A DNA stretch of 64,000 nucleotides from Candidatus Omnitrophota bacterium (GTDB lineage Bacteria; Omnitrophota; Gorgyraeia; Gygaellales; Profunditerraquicolaceae). Of the stretch, positions 1 to 9,136 are shown in pieces (position 1 is the stretch's first letter; every line of letters starts with the position of its first letter). The translations under genes and the position numbers were made by a program. The stretch is taken from assembly GCA_025453395.1 (NCBI GenBank), contig JALOQK010000002.1:85625-149624 (forward strand). Direction: 5' to 3'. The notes under the pieces are model-generated. The model saw only the letters and a program-made list of their open reading frames with translations, did not search any database and was not told the DNA's origin.

Positions 1-731
1 GCGGGCCATTGGTAAATTTAAAGGGCGAAGTTGTGGGAATTAATGTGGCGATCTTTTCAACCAGTGGCGGCTATCAGGGCATAGGATTTGCTGTTGCTTC
101 TAACAAGGCGCAGAAAATACTTGCCCGGTTGATTGAGGGCAAGAAAATAGTTTACGGTTGGCTGGGGATAAGCGTGCAGGATTTAAAAGAGGATTTGGTG
201 ACGCATTTTGGTTTGCCTGACGCAAACGGCGCATTAGTCGCTAAGGTCATGGAAAACGCCCCAGCGGAAAAAGCCGGGCTTAAGGCAGGGGATGTGATTA
301 AGGCTGTAGCCGGCAAGCCGGTGAATAATGTGCGGGTCTTGCTTGATGTGGCCGGCGCGCTTGAGCCGGGCAAGACAGTAAAATTAGAGCTTATTCGCGA
401 CAAGAAACCGATGTCTCTTGATGTTGTGGTAGGCGAGCGCCCTATTTTGGATAAAGAAGAGCAAGCGCAAGAGGCAGTTCCCGCAGAAGAGGAAAAATGG
501 CGCGGGATTTCAGTCCAGCAGGATAAAGAAAAAAAGGATGTGGTTATCGTTAATATCCAGCCGGGCTCCCCGGCAGATCAGGCAGATCTTATCCCCGGGG
601 ATGTAATCTTGGAAATAAATAAACTGCCTATAAAAAATCTGGAAGATTACCATAAAGTGGTAAAAGATTTAAAGGGCGATTGTTTAGTGCGCACCAATAG
701 GGGATTCTTTGTCCTGAAAGAAAACAATTAG
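1..731 (+). CDS. DegP/HtrA-family periplasmic serine protease, C-terminal part with PDZ domains (5' partial; start upstream of window)
   Basis: ORF 9..731 is open to the window edge; the protease-domain tail and PDZ-like segments (GDVIKAVAGKPV, GDVILEINKLPI) are typical of HtrA. Confidence 0.7.
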   Translation, partial: GPLVNLKGEVVGINVAIFSTSGGYQGIGFAVASNKAQKILARLIEGKKIVYGWLGISVQDLKEDLVTHFGLPDANGALVAKVMENAPAEKAGLKAGDVIKAVAGKPVNNVRVLLDVAGALEPGKTVKLELIRDKKPMSLDVVVGERPILDKEEQAQEAVPAEEEKWRGISVQQDKEKKDVVIVNIQPGSPADQADLIPGDVILEINKLPIKNLEDYHKVVKDLKGDCLVRTNRGFFVLKENN

Positions 732-732
732 A

Positions 733-1194
733 GTGGCAGTGCATAAAGCGGATAAGTTAAATAAAAACGAAAAAGCAAAGAAGTACGCGCTTTTTCTGTT
801 GAAGTTTTCACCGCGCACCAGGCTTGAAATGGTCCGCCGCTTAGAGGCAAAAGGCTTTGCAGCAGATGAAATAAAAGAGGCGCTCAACTTCTTAGAGTCC
901 GGCCAGTATGTAGACGATGCAAAATTTATCCGCTTGTATCTGGGGCAAAAAATAGACAAGCCGGTGCCGTTTGAGAAGATAAGAGAAGCCATTCTTTTAA
1001 AAGGCGTAGAGGAATCTTTTCTTGAAGAAGAATTAAAGAGTAATCCTGTGCCTGCCGAAGAAGAAAGAATATTTAATCTGGCGCAATGGAAATTAGAGAA
1101 AACCCCGGCTTTACAAAAAGAAAGATTAAAAGATTATTTTTTAAGGCAGGGCTTTGATGAATTGGATGTTGACAGGGCAATGGAAAGATTATGA
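733..1194 (+). CDS. recX: RecX-like regulatory protein (GTG start)
   Basis: 153 aa helical-repeat protein; it overlaps the alaS start by 4 nt, and recX-alaS adjacency is a classical synteny. Confidence 0.5.
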   Translation: MAVHKADKLNKNEKAKKYALFLLKFSPRTRLEMVRRLEAKGFAADEIKEALNFLESGQYVDDAKFIRLYLGQKIDKPVPFEKIREAILLKGVEESFLEEELKSNPVPAEEERIFNLAQWKLEKTPALQKERLKDYFLRQGFDELDVDRAMERL

Positions 1195-3824
1195 AAGCGG
1201 ATATTTTAAGAGAAAAATATTTGGATTTTTTTAAATCCAAAAAGCATAAGGTTGTCTTAAGCGATTCTTTGATTCCTGTTGATGACCCTACGGTTTTATT
1301 TACTCCTGCCGGGATGAACCAATTTAAAAAACAATTTATGGGGTTTAACGCAGGTTTTACCCGCGCGGTAAGTTCTCAGCGTTGCCTGCGCACTGATGAC
1401 CTGGATAAAGTGGGGAAAACCGCCGTGCATCATACTTTCTTTGAGATGCTGGGTAATTTTTCTTTTGGCGATTATTTTAAAGATGAGGCGATACAGTGGG
1501 CGTGGGAATTCTTAATTGAAGAATTAAAGATCCCCCAAGAAAGGCTTTGGGTTTCAGTTTACCAAGAGGATAGCGAAGCATATTTAATTTGGAAGGATAA
1601 AGTCGGTATCCCTAAAGAGAGAATTGTGAAGTTAGGCGATCATGATAATTTCTGGCCGGCAGATGCCAAAGAAAAAGGCCCCAACGGCCCCTGCGGCCCC
1701 TGTTCAGAAATATTTTATGACTTTGGAGAAGATGTTGGCTGTGGTGAGAAAGTTTGTGATCCGTCTTGTTCCTGCGGCAGATTTGCCGAGATTTGGAATT
1801 TAGTTTTTACCCAGTATAACCGCAAAGACGGCGGTATCTTGGAACCGTTGCCAAAGAAAAATATTGATACCGGTATGGGCTTGGAGCGCTTGACTGCGGT
1901 AATGCAGGGCGTGAAAAATAATTTCCAGACTGAATTGTTTCAGCCGATTGTTAAAGAAATAGAGGACAGAGGACAGAGGACAGAGGACAGAGAAAAAGAG
2001 AACCTGCTTTACGCGGTAAGCGACCATATTCGTGCTGTAGTTTTCTCAATTTATGACGGGGTTATTCCTTCTAATGAGGCAAGAGGCTATGTAATAAGGA
2101 AAATTATCCGTAAGAGCCTGATGCATCTTAGGGCACTTGAAGTGAAGTTGCCGTTTTTATATAAATTAGTCCCGGTTGTATCGCAGGTAATGCTTAAGCC
2201 TTATCCAGAATTAAGAGAGCGTCAGGAAAATATCACCCAGATAATCTTAAGCGAGGAAAAGGCTTTCATTGCCACTCTTGAAACCAGCGATAAAATATTG
2301 TCCGATAAGTTCTCGGATAAGAAAAACTCCCAAGAAGATATATTAGGTGTTTTGGCCTTTGAGCTTTATGACACAAACGGAGTTCCTTTTGAAATTACTA
2401 AAGATTGGTTGTCTAAAAATAAATTTAGTTTCAAAGAAGAGAAGTTAGAAACTTGTTTTTCTTCCTGTATGGAAGAACAAAAGGCCCGCTCTAAACAAAA
2501 AAGCGCGATGAAGGGAGACGTCTTTGGTTTATCGCACGCGCATTTAGCAGTAAAGAAGACAAACTTTTTGGGGTATAAGAGTTTTTCAGGAACAGCCAAG
2601 TTGCTTAAGATTTTAACTGGCAAAAGCCAAGGAAAGAAAATAAAAGAGGGCGAAGAGGCGGTAGTAATTCTTGATAAGACTTGCTTTTATCCTGAATCTG
2701 GCGGCCAAGTCGGCGACACAGGGCTTATTATTAAGGGTAAGAATATTTTTGAAGTTTTAAGTACGCAAAAAGTGGACAAGGTAATTTTGCATCACGGTAG
2801 AGTTAAAAAGGGAAGTTTCAAGCTTCTTGATCAGGTAACCGCAGAGGTAGACCAGAAGAGGCGTATGGATATTGCCCGTAATCATACTACTACTCATCTT
2901 TTGCAAGCAGCATTAAGAAAAGTGCTGGGTGAGCATATTCGTCAGCAGGGATCTTTAGTTTCAGAAGAAAAATTGCGTTTTGACTTTAGCCACTTTAAAG
3001 CTATAACCGGTGAAGAACTTTCACGCATTGAAGAAGAAGTGAATAAAAATATTCTGGAGGCAGTTTCTTTAGAAGTTAAGGAAATGCCAATTGCTATGGC
3101 CAAGAAAAAAGGGGCATTGGCGTTTTTTGGCGAGAAATATGAGGATAAAGTGCGCATGGTTAGTGTCGCCGATGTGTCGCGCGAGCTTTGCGGCGGGACG
3201 CATCTAGACAATACTGCGCAAGCTGGAAGCTTTAAAATTATCCATGAAAGTTCTGTAGCAAGCGGGGTTAGAAGAATTGAGGCAGTGACTGGTTTAGCTT
3301 CCTATAAGGCTTTTAAGAAAGAGGAAGAGCTTCTTGGAGATCTGGCTCAAACTTTTAATGTGAATCAAGAAAGTTTAAAAATAGCCGCCCAGAAAAGTTT
3401 AGCCCGGGTCAAGGAACTGGAAAAAGAATTAAGCGCTAATAAAATGACTAATCTTAAATCCGGTATTGACCAGATTATAAATAGTGCATGCGAGATAAAT
3501 GGCGTAAAATTTATTGGCGCATCTTTAGATAATCTTGACATACAGCTATTGCGTAAGAATATGGATTTGGTTAAGGAGAAAACCAATAACGCGGTTGTGG
3601 CCTTGGCATCAGCAACAGCCGGTAAAGTATTTTTGGTTATTGGGGTGACCTCGGATATTGCTGGAACAAAATTTGACGCTAATATGATCATTAAACAGGT
3701 GGGGCAATTTATCGGTGGTTCAGGCGGGGGAAGAGCGGATTTTGCCCAAGCAGGCGGCACAAAGCCAGAGAATATAGATTTAGTCTTTGACCAGATTAAG
3801 AAAATAATGGGGAATTTACAATGA
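1191..3824 (+). CDS. alaS: alanine--tRNA ligase
   Basis: 877 aa with class II AlaRS motifs, the editing-domain HxxxH/CGGTH zinc motif and a C-terminal DHHA1 domain; contains an in-frame heptamer repeat insertion at 1963-1990. Confidence 0.95.
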   Translation: MKADILREKYLDFFKSKKHKVVLSDSLIPVDDPTVLFTPAGMNQFKKQFMGFNAGFTRAVSSQRCLRTDDLDKVGKTAVHHTFFEMLGNFSFGDYFKDEAIQWAWEFLIEELKIPQERLWVSVYQEDSEAYLIWKDKVGIPKERIVKLGDHDNFWPADAKEKGPNGPCGPCSEIFYDFGEDVGCGEKVCDPSCSCGRFAEIWNLVFTQYNRKDGGILEPLPKKNIDTGMGLERLTAVMQGVKNNFQTELFQPIVKEIEDRGQRTEDREKENLLYAVSDHIRAVVFSIYDGVIPSNEARGYVIRKIIRKSLMHLRALEVKLPFLYKLVPVVSQVMLKPYPELRERQENITQIILSEEKAFIATLETSDKILSDKFSDKKNSQEDILGVLAFELYDTNGVPFEITKDWLSKNKFSFKEEKLETCFSSCMEEQKARSKQKSAMKGDVFGLSHAHLAVKKTNFLGYKSFSGTAKLLKILTGKSQGKKIKEGEEAVVILDKTCFYPESGGQVGDTGLIIKGKNIFEVLSTQKVDKVILHHGRVKKGSFKLLDQVTAEVDQKRRMDIARNHTTTHLLQAALRKVLGEHIRQQGSLVSEEKLRFDFSHFKAITGEELSRIEEEVNKNILEAVSLEVKEMPIAMAKKKGALAFFGEKYEDKVRMVSVADVSRELCGGTHLDNTAQAGSFKIIHESSVASGVRRIEAVTGLASYKAFKKEEELLGDLAQTFNVNQESLKIAAQKSLARVKELEKELSANKMTNLKSGIDQIINSACEINGVKFIGASLDNLDIQLLRKNMDLVKEKTNNAVVALASATAGKVFLVIGVTSDIAGTKFDANMIIKQVGQFIGGSGGGRADFAQAGGTKPENIDLVFDQIKKIMGNLQ
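1963..1990 (+). repeat. heptanucleotide microsatellite (GAGGACA)x4, in-frame inside alaS (encodes EDRGQRTEDR)
   Basis: Four perfect tandem heptamers read directly from the sequence. Confidence 0.9.
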
Positions 3825-5050
3825 AGATCATCCGTCCTACAGGCAAGCAATTAGAGAAAATATGCCAGCGCGCCTCTTGGCGTTCCAAGCGCGTGGAAGA
3901 AAAGGTCAAGAAAATAATTGAGGATGTGCGCCTTTTTGGCGATGAGGCCGTGCTTAAATATACCCGTAAGTTTGACGGGGTGCGTATGCCAGCGCGGCAG
4001 CTGCGCGTTTCACAGATAGAAATTAGCGGCGCCTATCAGAACATCACCCCTAATTTTATTCCCACTTTGAAGATGGTCATGGAAAATGTGAATAGATTTT
4101 ATCGTAAGACCATCAAGAAATCATGGAGGATAAAAGACGCGGACGGGATATCTTTGGGCGAGAATTATACTGCCTTAGAAAGAGTGGGGATTTATATCCC
4201 TGCCGGGACCGCGCCGTTGGTTTCTACGGTTTACATGACAGTTTTGCCTGCCAGGATCGCCGGGGTGAAGAAAATTGTGTTGGCCAGCCCTCCGGACAAA
4301 AATGGTTTTATTAACCCGCATATTCTGGTTATGGCGGATTTATTAAAGGTAGATGAGATCTATCGCGTGGGCGGAGCGCAGGCCATTGCGGCTTTAGCTT
4401 ATGGTACAAAGACTATTGCCCGGGTTGATAAAATTGTCGGGCCGGGGAATGTGTACGTAAGCGAAGCCAAGCGGCAGGTTTTTGGCAAGGTGGATATTGA
4501 TATGATTGCCGGGCCAACGGAGTTGGTAGTTATTGCTAACCGTTTGACTGATCCGGACTTTATTGTTTCGGACCTTAAGGCGCAGGCCGAACATAGCGCG
4601 GGATTGGCGATTTTAATTACCAATTCTAAATCTTTGGCCAAAGAAATAAACAGCCGTTGTTCCGAAGACAACGGGTATATTATTTTGGTCAAGAATTTAG
4701 AGCAGGCAGTTGAGATTTCAAATCAGATTGCTCCGGAGCATCTGGAAATTCTGGTGAATAACCCGAACCGTTTGGTAAAATTAGTGAAAAATGCGGGAGC
4801 AGTTTTCTTAGGGCCTTATAGCCCGGCGGCAGTCGGAGATTATGTGGCCGGCCCCAGCCACGTTTTGCCCACATCCGGCACAGCCAGATTTTTCTCCGGG
4901 CTTTGCGCAACAGACTTTATCAAAAGTATCCATGTTATCGGTTATTCCAAAAAAGCCCTTGAGAAAGTAAAAGAGCCTTTAGAGAAAATAGCCGGTATTG
5001 AGGGTTTGTTGCGGCACGTGGATTCGGTAAAAGCAAGGTTTAATAAATAG
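3821..5050 (+). CDS. hisD: histidinol dehydrogenase
   Basis: 409 aa with conserved HisD motifs (GPGNVYV, AEHSAG); ATGA overlap with alaS. Confidence 0.93.
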   Translation: MKIIRPTGKQLEKICQRASWRSKRVEEKVKKIIEDVRLFGDEAVLKYTRKFDGVRMPARQLRVSQIEISGAYQNITPNFIPTLKMVMENVNRFYRKTIKKSWRIKDADGISLGENYTALERVGIYIPAGTAPLVSTVYMTVLPARIAGVKKIVLASPPDKNGFINPHILVMADLLKVDEIYRVGGAQAIAALAYGTKTIARVDKIVGPGNVYVSEAKRQVFGKVDIDMIAGPTELVVIANRLTDPDFIVSDLKAQAEHSAGLAILITNSKSLAKEINSRCSEDNGYIILVKNLEQAVEISNQIAPEHLEILVNNPNRLVKLVKNAGAVFLGPYSPAAVGDYVAGPSHVLPTSGTARFFSGLCATDFIKSIHVIGYSKKALEKVKEPLEKIAGIEGLLRHVDSVKARFNK

Positions 5051-5057
5051 CTGGAGA

Positions 5058-5675
5058 TTGAATATGAAAAAAAGAAATGCTAGTGTAAAAAGAAGTTCGC
5101 GGGAGACGCAGATAGATATTAAGTTGGTGCTTGATGGCGATGGAAATTCCAAGATTGACACCGGCATTGGCTTGTTGGATCACATGCTGGAGTTATTTGC
5201 TTTTCACGGTTTTTTTGATTTGACGATTAAAGCAAAGGGTGATCTTAAAGTGGACATCCATCACACCAACGAAGATATCGGCATTGTTTTGGGGGATGCT
5301 TTTAAAAAAGCCCTGGGCGATAAGAAGGCCTTGCGCAGGTTTGGATCGTCGTCTGTGCCGATGGAAGATGTAGTCTCGCAGGTGGTGGTAGATATAAGCG
5401 GCAGAGGATTCTTTAATGGTATAGAGGGTAAAATTACGCAGGACGCTAAATTAAAAAATACCCAAGGTTATTCCTTTGAGTATGCAAATCATTTTTTTGA
5501 AGCCTTTGCAAAAAGGTTGGGGGTAAATTTAAGTATTAAGCTTTCAAGCGATAATGTGGATTTACACACTAACTTAGAGCCTGTGTTTAAAGCATTCGGC
5601 ATTGCCCTTGACATGGCCACTCAAATTGAGCCGCGCAGAAAAGGCGTCCCTTCCACAAAAGGAATTATTGACTAA
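5058..5675 (+). CDS. hisB: imidazoleglycerol-phosphate dehydratase
   Basis: 205 aa; IDTGIGLLDHML and histidine-rich metal-binding motifs. Confidence 0.93.
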   Translation: MNMKKRNASVKRSSRETQIDIKLVLDGDGNSKIDTGIGLLDHMLELFAFHGFFDLTIKAKGDLKVDIHHTNEDIGIVLGDAFKKALGDKKALRRFGSSSVPMEDVVSQVVVDISGRGFFNGIEGKITQDAKLKNTQGYSFEYANHFFEAFAKRLGVNLSIKLSSDNVDLHTNLEPVFKAFGIALDMATQIEPRRKGVPSTKGIID

Positions 5676-6284
5676 ATGATCGGGATTATTGATTATAATA
5701 TGGGCAATATCCATAGCGTGAATAAAGCTATTCAGGCTATGGGCGAGGATACTTTTGTCGCCGTAACTGCTGAAGGGCTTGACAGGTGTTCTAAGATTAT
5801 TCTGCCTGGAGTGGGCGCTTTTGATGACGCCATGGAGGAATTAAATAAAAAAGGTTTCACTAATCCGATAAAAGATCTGATTGCCAAGGGAAAGATTTTC
5901 TTGGGGATTTGTTTAGGCATGCAGCTTTTATTGGAAAAAAGCCAAGAGGCAAAAAAGAACAAAGGAATTGGCGTTATCAAGGGAGAGGTGAAGAAATTTT
6001 CTCCCTCTTTAGGCTTAAAGGTCCCGCATATGGGGTGGAATAATCTTAAGCCATTACAAAACGTCTGCCCCCTGTTTAAAGGCTTAGACCATAAGGCCCA
6101 GGTCTATTTTTGCCATTCTTACTATGCCTGCCCTGATGATAAAAAAGTAGTTGCTTCTACTACTGATTATGGAGTGGATTTTGCCTCGGTTATCTGGAAG
6201 GATAATATTTTTGGCGTGCAGTTTCACCCGGAAAAAAGCCAGGAGGCAGGTTTAATCATCTTGAAGAACTTTATAAGTTTATAG
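5676..6284 (+). CDS. hisH: imidazole glycerol phosphate synthase, glutamine amidotransferase subunit
   Basis: 202 aa class-I glutamine amidotransferase with GICLGMQ catalytic Cys and C-terminal HPE. Confidence 0.93.
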   Translation: MIGIIDYNMGNIHSVNKAIQAMGEDTFVAVTAEGLDRCSKIILPGVGAFDDAMEELNKKGFTNPIKDLIAKGKIFLGICLGMQLLLEKSQEAKKNKGIGVIKGEVKKFSPSLGLKVPHMGWNNLKPLQNVCPLFKGLDHKAQVYFCHSYYACPDDKKVVASTTDYGVDFASVIWKDNIFGVQFHPEKSQEAGLIILKNFISL

Positions 6285-6488
6285 AAATAGTTTTAAGTAG
6301 TATAGTAATATATCATTTAGCTAAAAACCATAATTAAAAATTCAAAGTTTTAAATTTTACGCTGTGATTTTACGTTTTGCACTTTTAGCTTTACATTATA
6401 CAATGTATTTTTAATTTTACGCTATAGTTTTACGCTTTTCGCTTTACGCTTTTAGCTTATAACTTATAGCTTACAGCTTACAGCTAAT
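6285..6488. repeat. intergenic repeat element, copy A of the ~66 bp unit family (TTTTAATTTTACGCTATAGTTTTACGCTTTTCGCTTT..CAATGTATTTTTA), about two units plus an AGCTTACA octamer tail
   Basis: Near-identical units are also present at 8942-9136 and 10949-11070. Confidence 0.85.
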
Positions 6489-7211
6489 ATGCTAATTATC
6501 CCAGCAATAGACATTAAAGACGGCGCGGTAGTCAGGCTCTTGCAGGGCAAGTTTGACAAGAAGACTGTTTATTCTAAAGATCCGCTTAAAACCGCGAAGC
6601 ATTGGCAAAAACAGGGCGCCAGCGTCATTCATATTGTTGACCTTGACGGAGCAAACAGCGGGCAGTCTGTAAATTTGCCGATTGTCAAAGAGATTGTGAA
6701 AAATACAGAAGTAAAGATAGAGTTTGGCGGAGGTTTGCGCAGCCTAAGGGCGATAGAAGCAATTCTTGATGCTGGAATTTGGCGGGTGGTTTTGGGGACT
6801 CGCGCTGCCGAGGATAAAGAATTCCTTAAAGGCGCCTTTTCTAATTTTAAAGATAAGGTTATTGTCAGTGTTGATGCTAAAGACGGCGAAGTCTTAACCC
6901 GCGGCTGGGAAAAGCACAGCGGAATTACAGTCTTGGATTTTGTTGCCCAGTTAAAGGCAATAGGTTTTAAAAATTTAATCTTTACGGATACCTCTAAAGA
7001 CGGTATGCTAAAGGGGCCTAATCTTAAGGCGGTCAAAGAGCTTCTTAAAAAAAGCGGGCTAAAGATTGTGGCTTCCGGAGGCATAACCGCGCTTTCGGAT
7101 CTGGTGAAATTGCGCGCCCTAGAAAAAGACGGCGTGGAAGCTGTTATTATTGGCAAGGCCTTGTATGAGGGGAAGTTTACATTACAACAAGCGTTAAGAA
7201 GTCAAAAGTAA
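6489..7211 (+). CDS. hisA: 1-(5-phosphoribosyl)-5-[(5-phosphoribosylamino)methylideneamino]imidazole-4-carboxamide isomerase
   Basis: 240 aa (beta/alpha)8 HisA protein, N-terminus MLIIPAIDIKDG; its last codons lie in the AAGTCAAAAGTAAA repeat array. Confidence 0.92.
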   Translation: MLIIPAIDIKDGAVVRLLQGKFDKKTVYSKDPLKTAKHWQKQGASVIHIVDLDGANSGQSVNLPIVKEIVKNTEVKIEFGGGLRSLRAIEAILDAGIWRVVLGTRAAEDKEFLKGAFSNFKDKVIVSVDAKDGEVLTRGWEKHSGITVLDFVAQLKAIGFKNLIFTDTSKDGMLKGPNLKAVKELLKKSGLKIVASGGITALSDLVKLRALEKDGVEAVIIGKALYEGKFTLQQALRSQK

Positions 7212-7253
7212 AAAGTCAAAAGTAAAAAGGTAAAAGTAAAAAGTAAAAGACAA
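7197..7253 (+). repeat. tandem array of 14-mer (AAGTCAAAAGTAAA-like, 2x7) x4, overlapping the hisA stop codon
   Basis: Read directly from the sequence; the same AAGTCA-type heptamer recurs inside hisF. Confidence 0.85.
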
Positions 7254-7300
7254 AAAAAATAAATCGTGAAAATAAAACTCTACAAAAAGGAGAGGGGAAT

Positions 7301-7768
7301 ATGAGAAAAGTTTTAGGTTTGGGGTTAGCATTAGTGGGTGTTTTAGCTTTAAGCGGCTGTTCCACAGTCTGCAGAAAACAAGTTAATCAGATAAATGAGC
7401 TAAAAAGCCAGGTGTCTTCGCTAAAATCAGAAATACAGTATAAGGATGATCAGATAACCCAGCTGCGTTATTCTGTTAGTCAGGCGCCGAGTGAAAAGTT
7501 TGTTGCGTCGCAAGCCGCGGTTTCTATGGGGGCAGCTATTCCTGAAGTGAAATCCCGCCCTAAGGCAAAGCAGATACAGGCTGCCTTGAAGAATGCTGGC
7601 TATTATAACGGGCCCGTTGATGGGAAAATCGGCAAAAGGACAAGAAAAGCTATCCGCAACTTTCAGAAAGATAATGGCCTGCAGGTGGATGGCAAAGTCG
7701 GCAAGGATACTTGGGCAAAGCTAAAGAATGCTCCGGAAAAGAAAGTAAGCGAGCAGAAAGTAAAATAA
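7301..7768 (+). CDS. lipoprotein with C-terminal peptidoglycan-binding (PG_binding_1-like) domain
   Basis: Signal peptide plus lipobox LSGC, a coiled-coil middle, and a C-terminal segment (YNGPVDGKIGKRTRKAIRNFQKDNGLQVDGKVGKDT) typical of PG-binding domain 1. Confidence 0.7.
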   Translation: MRKVLGLGLALVGVLALSGCSTVCRKQVNQINELKSQVSSLKSEIQYKDDQITQLRYSVSQAPSEKFVASQAAVSMGAAIPEVKSRPKAKQIQAALKNAGYYNGPVDGKIGKRTRKAIRNFQKDNGLQVDGKVGKDTWAKLKNAPEKKVSEQKVK

Positions 7769-7795
7769 GAGTTCAGCTTTCAGTCGTCAGCCTTC

Positions 7796-7836
7796 AGCTG
7801 ATAGCTGATAGCTGATAGCTGATAGCTGATAGCTGA
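7796..7836 (+). repeat. heptanucleotide microsatellite (AGCTGAT)x5 plus a partial unit, intergenic
   Basis: Perfect tandem heptamers read directly from the sequence. Confidence 0.95.
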
Positions 7837-7841
7837 AAAAC

Positions 7842-8615
7842 ATGTTAACTAAACGTATTATTCCCTGTTTAGACATCAAAGACGGCAGGGTAGTCAAGGG
7901 CGTGCGTTTTTTGGGGCTTCGCGATGCCGGGGATCCTGTGGAAGTGGCCCAGGCCTACGATAAACAGGGCGCGGATGAATTAGTATTTCTGGATATTACC
8001 GCGAGTTTTGAGAATCGCAAGACGCTGGTTTCTCTGGTAGAGAAAATCGCGCAAAATATCTATATGCCTTTTACTGTTGGAGGCGGGATAAGAAGCATTG
8101 AGGATATACGCGATCTTTTAAATGCCGGCGCAGATAAGGTGTCCATAAATACTGCGGCAGTAAAATTTCCTGATCTAGTTAGCGATTCGGCCAGGCGTTT
8201 TGGCAGCCAGTGTATAGTAGTAGCGATAGACGCGAAGTCAGAAGTCAGAAGTCAGAAGTCAGAGGTTAGAAAGTGGGAAGTGTATATAAACGGGGGAAGA
8301 ACTCCCACCGGCATTGACGCGGTAGAATGGGCAAAAAAAGTAGAAGAAGCAGGCGCCGGAGAAATACTTCTAACCAGTATGGATTATGACGGCACAAAAG
8401 ACGGCTATGATCTAAAGCTGACAAAGGCGGTCACAGGCGCAGTTAATATTCCGCTAATTGCTTCAGGAGGCGCGGGTACTTGTGAGCATATAAGCGATGT
8501 TTTTTTAAAGGCTGGCGCGGATGCCGCTTTAGCAGCTTCTGTTTTTCATTATCAGGAATTAACCGTGAAACAAGTTAAGCAATATTTAAGAACGAAAGGC
8601 GTAGCAGTAAGATGA
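7842..8615 (+). CDS. hisF: imidazole glycerol phosphate synthase cyclase subunit
   Basis: 257 aa HisF; carries a repeat-encoded insertion [13 protein letters not shown] in the loop before WEVY. Confidence 0.93.
   Translation: MLTKRIIPCLDIKDGRVVKGVRFLGLRDAGDPVEVAQAYDKQGADELVFLDITASFENRKTLVSLVEKIAQNIYMPFTVGGGIRSIEDIRDLLNAGADKVSINTAAVKFPDLVSDSARRFGSQCIVVAIDAKSEVRSQKSEVRKWEVYINGGRTPTGIDAVEWAKKVEEAGAGEILLTSMDYDGTKDGYDLKLTKAVTGAVNIPLIASGGAGTCEHISDVFLKAGADAALAASVFHYQELTVKQVKQYLRTKGVAVR
8235..8269 (+). repeat. heptanucleotide microsatellite (GAAGTCA)x4 plus a degenerate unit, in-frame inside hisF
   Basis: Read directly from the sequence. Confidence 0.9.
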
Positions 8616-8941
8616 ATAAAAAATTGTACTTGAAAGATCTGAAATTTGATGATAAGGGTTTGATTCCGGCGATTGTGCAGGATTATAAGACTAATGAAGT
8701 CTTGATGGTGGCTTATATGAATTTGGAGTCTGTAAAAAGAACACTAAAGTCCGGCAAGACTTGCTTCTGGTCGCGTTCGCGTAAAGAATACTGGGTCAAA
8801 GGCATGACTTCCGGGCATTTCCAATTTGTAAAATCCGTTTGGTATGATTGCGATATGGATGCGCTTTTGGTAAAGGTGCGCCAGGTGGGCGCTGCCTGCC
8901 ATACAGGGAACAGGTCGTGTTTTTATAGGAGAATCAAGTAA
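8612..8941 (+). CDS. hisI: phosphoribosyl-AMP cyclohydrolase
   Basis: 109 aa with the CHTGxxSCF zinc motif. Confidence 0.9.
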   Translation: MNKKLYLKDLKFDDKGLIPAIVQDYKTNEVLMVAYMNLESVKRTLKSGKTCFWSRSRKEYWVKGMTSGHFQFVKSVWYDCDMDALLVKVRQVGAACHTGNRSCFYRRIK

Positions 8942-9136
8942 GCGAAAAGCGTAAAGCGAAAAACGCAAAACCATAATTTAAAATTCAAAATTTTTAATTT
9001 TACGCTATAGTTTTACACTTTTCGCTTTTAGCTTTACACTCTGCAATGTATTTTTAGTTTTTAATTTTGCACTGTAGTTTTACGTTTTTCGCCTTTAGCT
9101 TTACACTCTGCAATGTATTTTTAGTACTCTTAAGAT
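8942..9136. repeat. intergenic repeat element copy B: GCGAAAAGCG-rich arm, AAAATTCAAAATT motif, then two tandem ~66 bp units
   Basis: Units at about 8993-9058 and 9059-9124 are near-identical; the upstream arm is a reverse-complement match to the TTTTCGCTTTACGC cores. Confidence 0.85.

Noticed and set aside
6629-7156. 175 aa minus-strand ORF inside hisA, and a 155 aa one at 10184-10651 inside trpE
   Set aside because: Both overlap well-supported + strand genes and show no start-site signals or family resemblance.
8993-9124. Possible CRISPR array (two ~66 bp direct repeats)
   Set aside because: Units are contiguous with no unique spacers between them, only two copies, and no cas genes nearby; interpreted as a tandem-duplicated intergenic repeat element.
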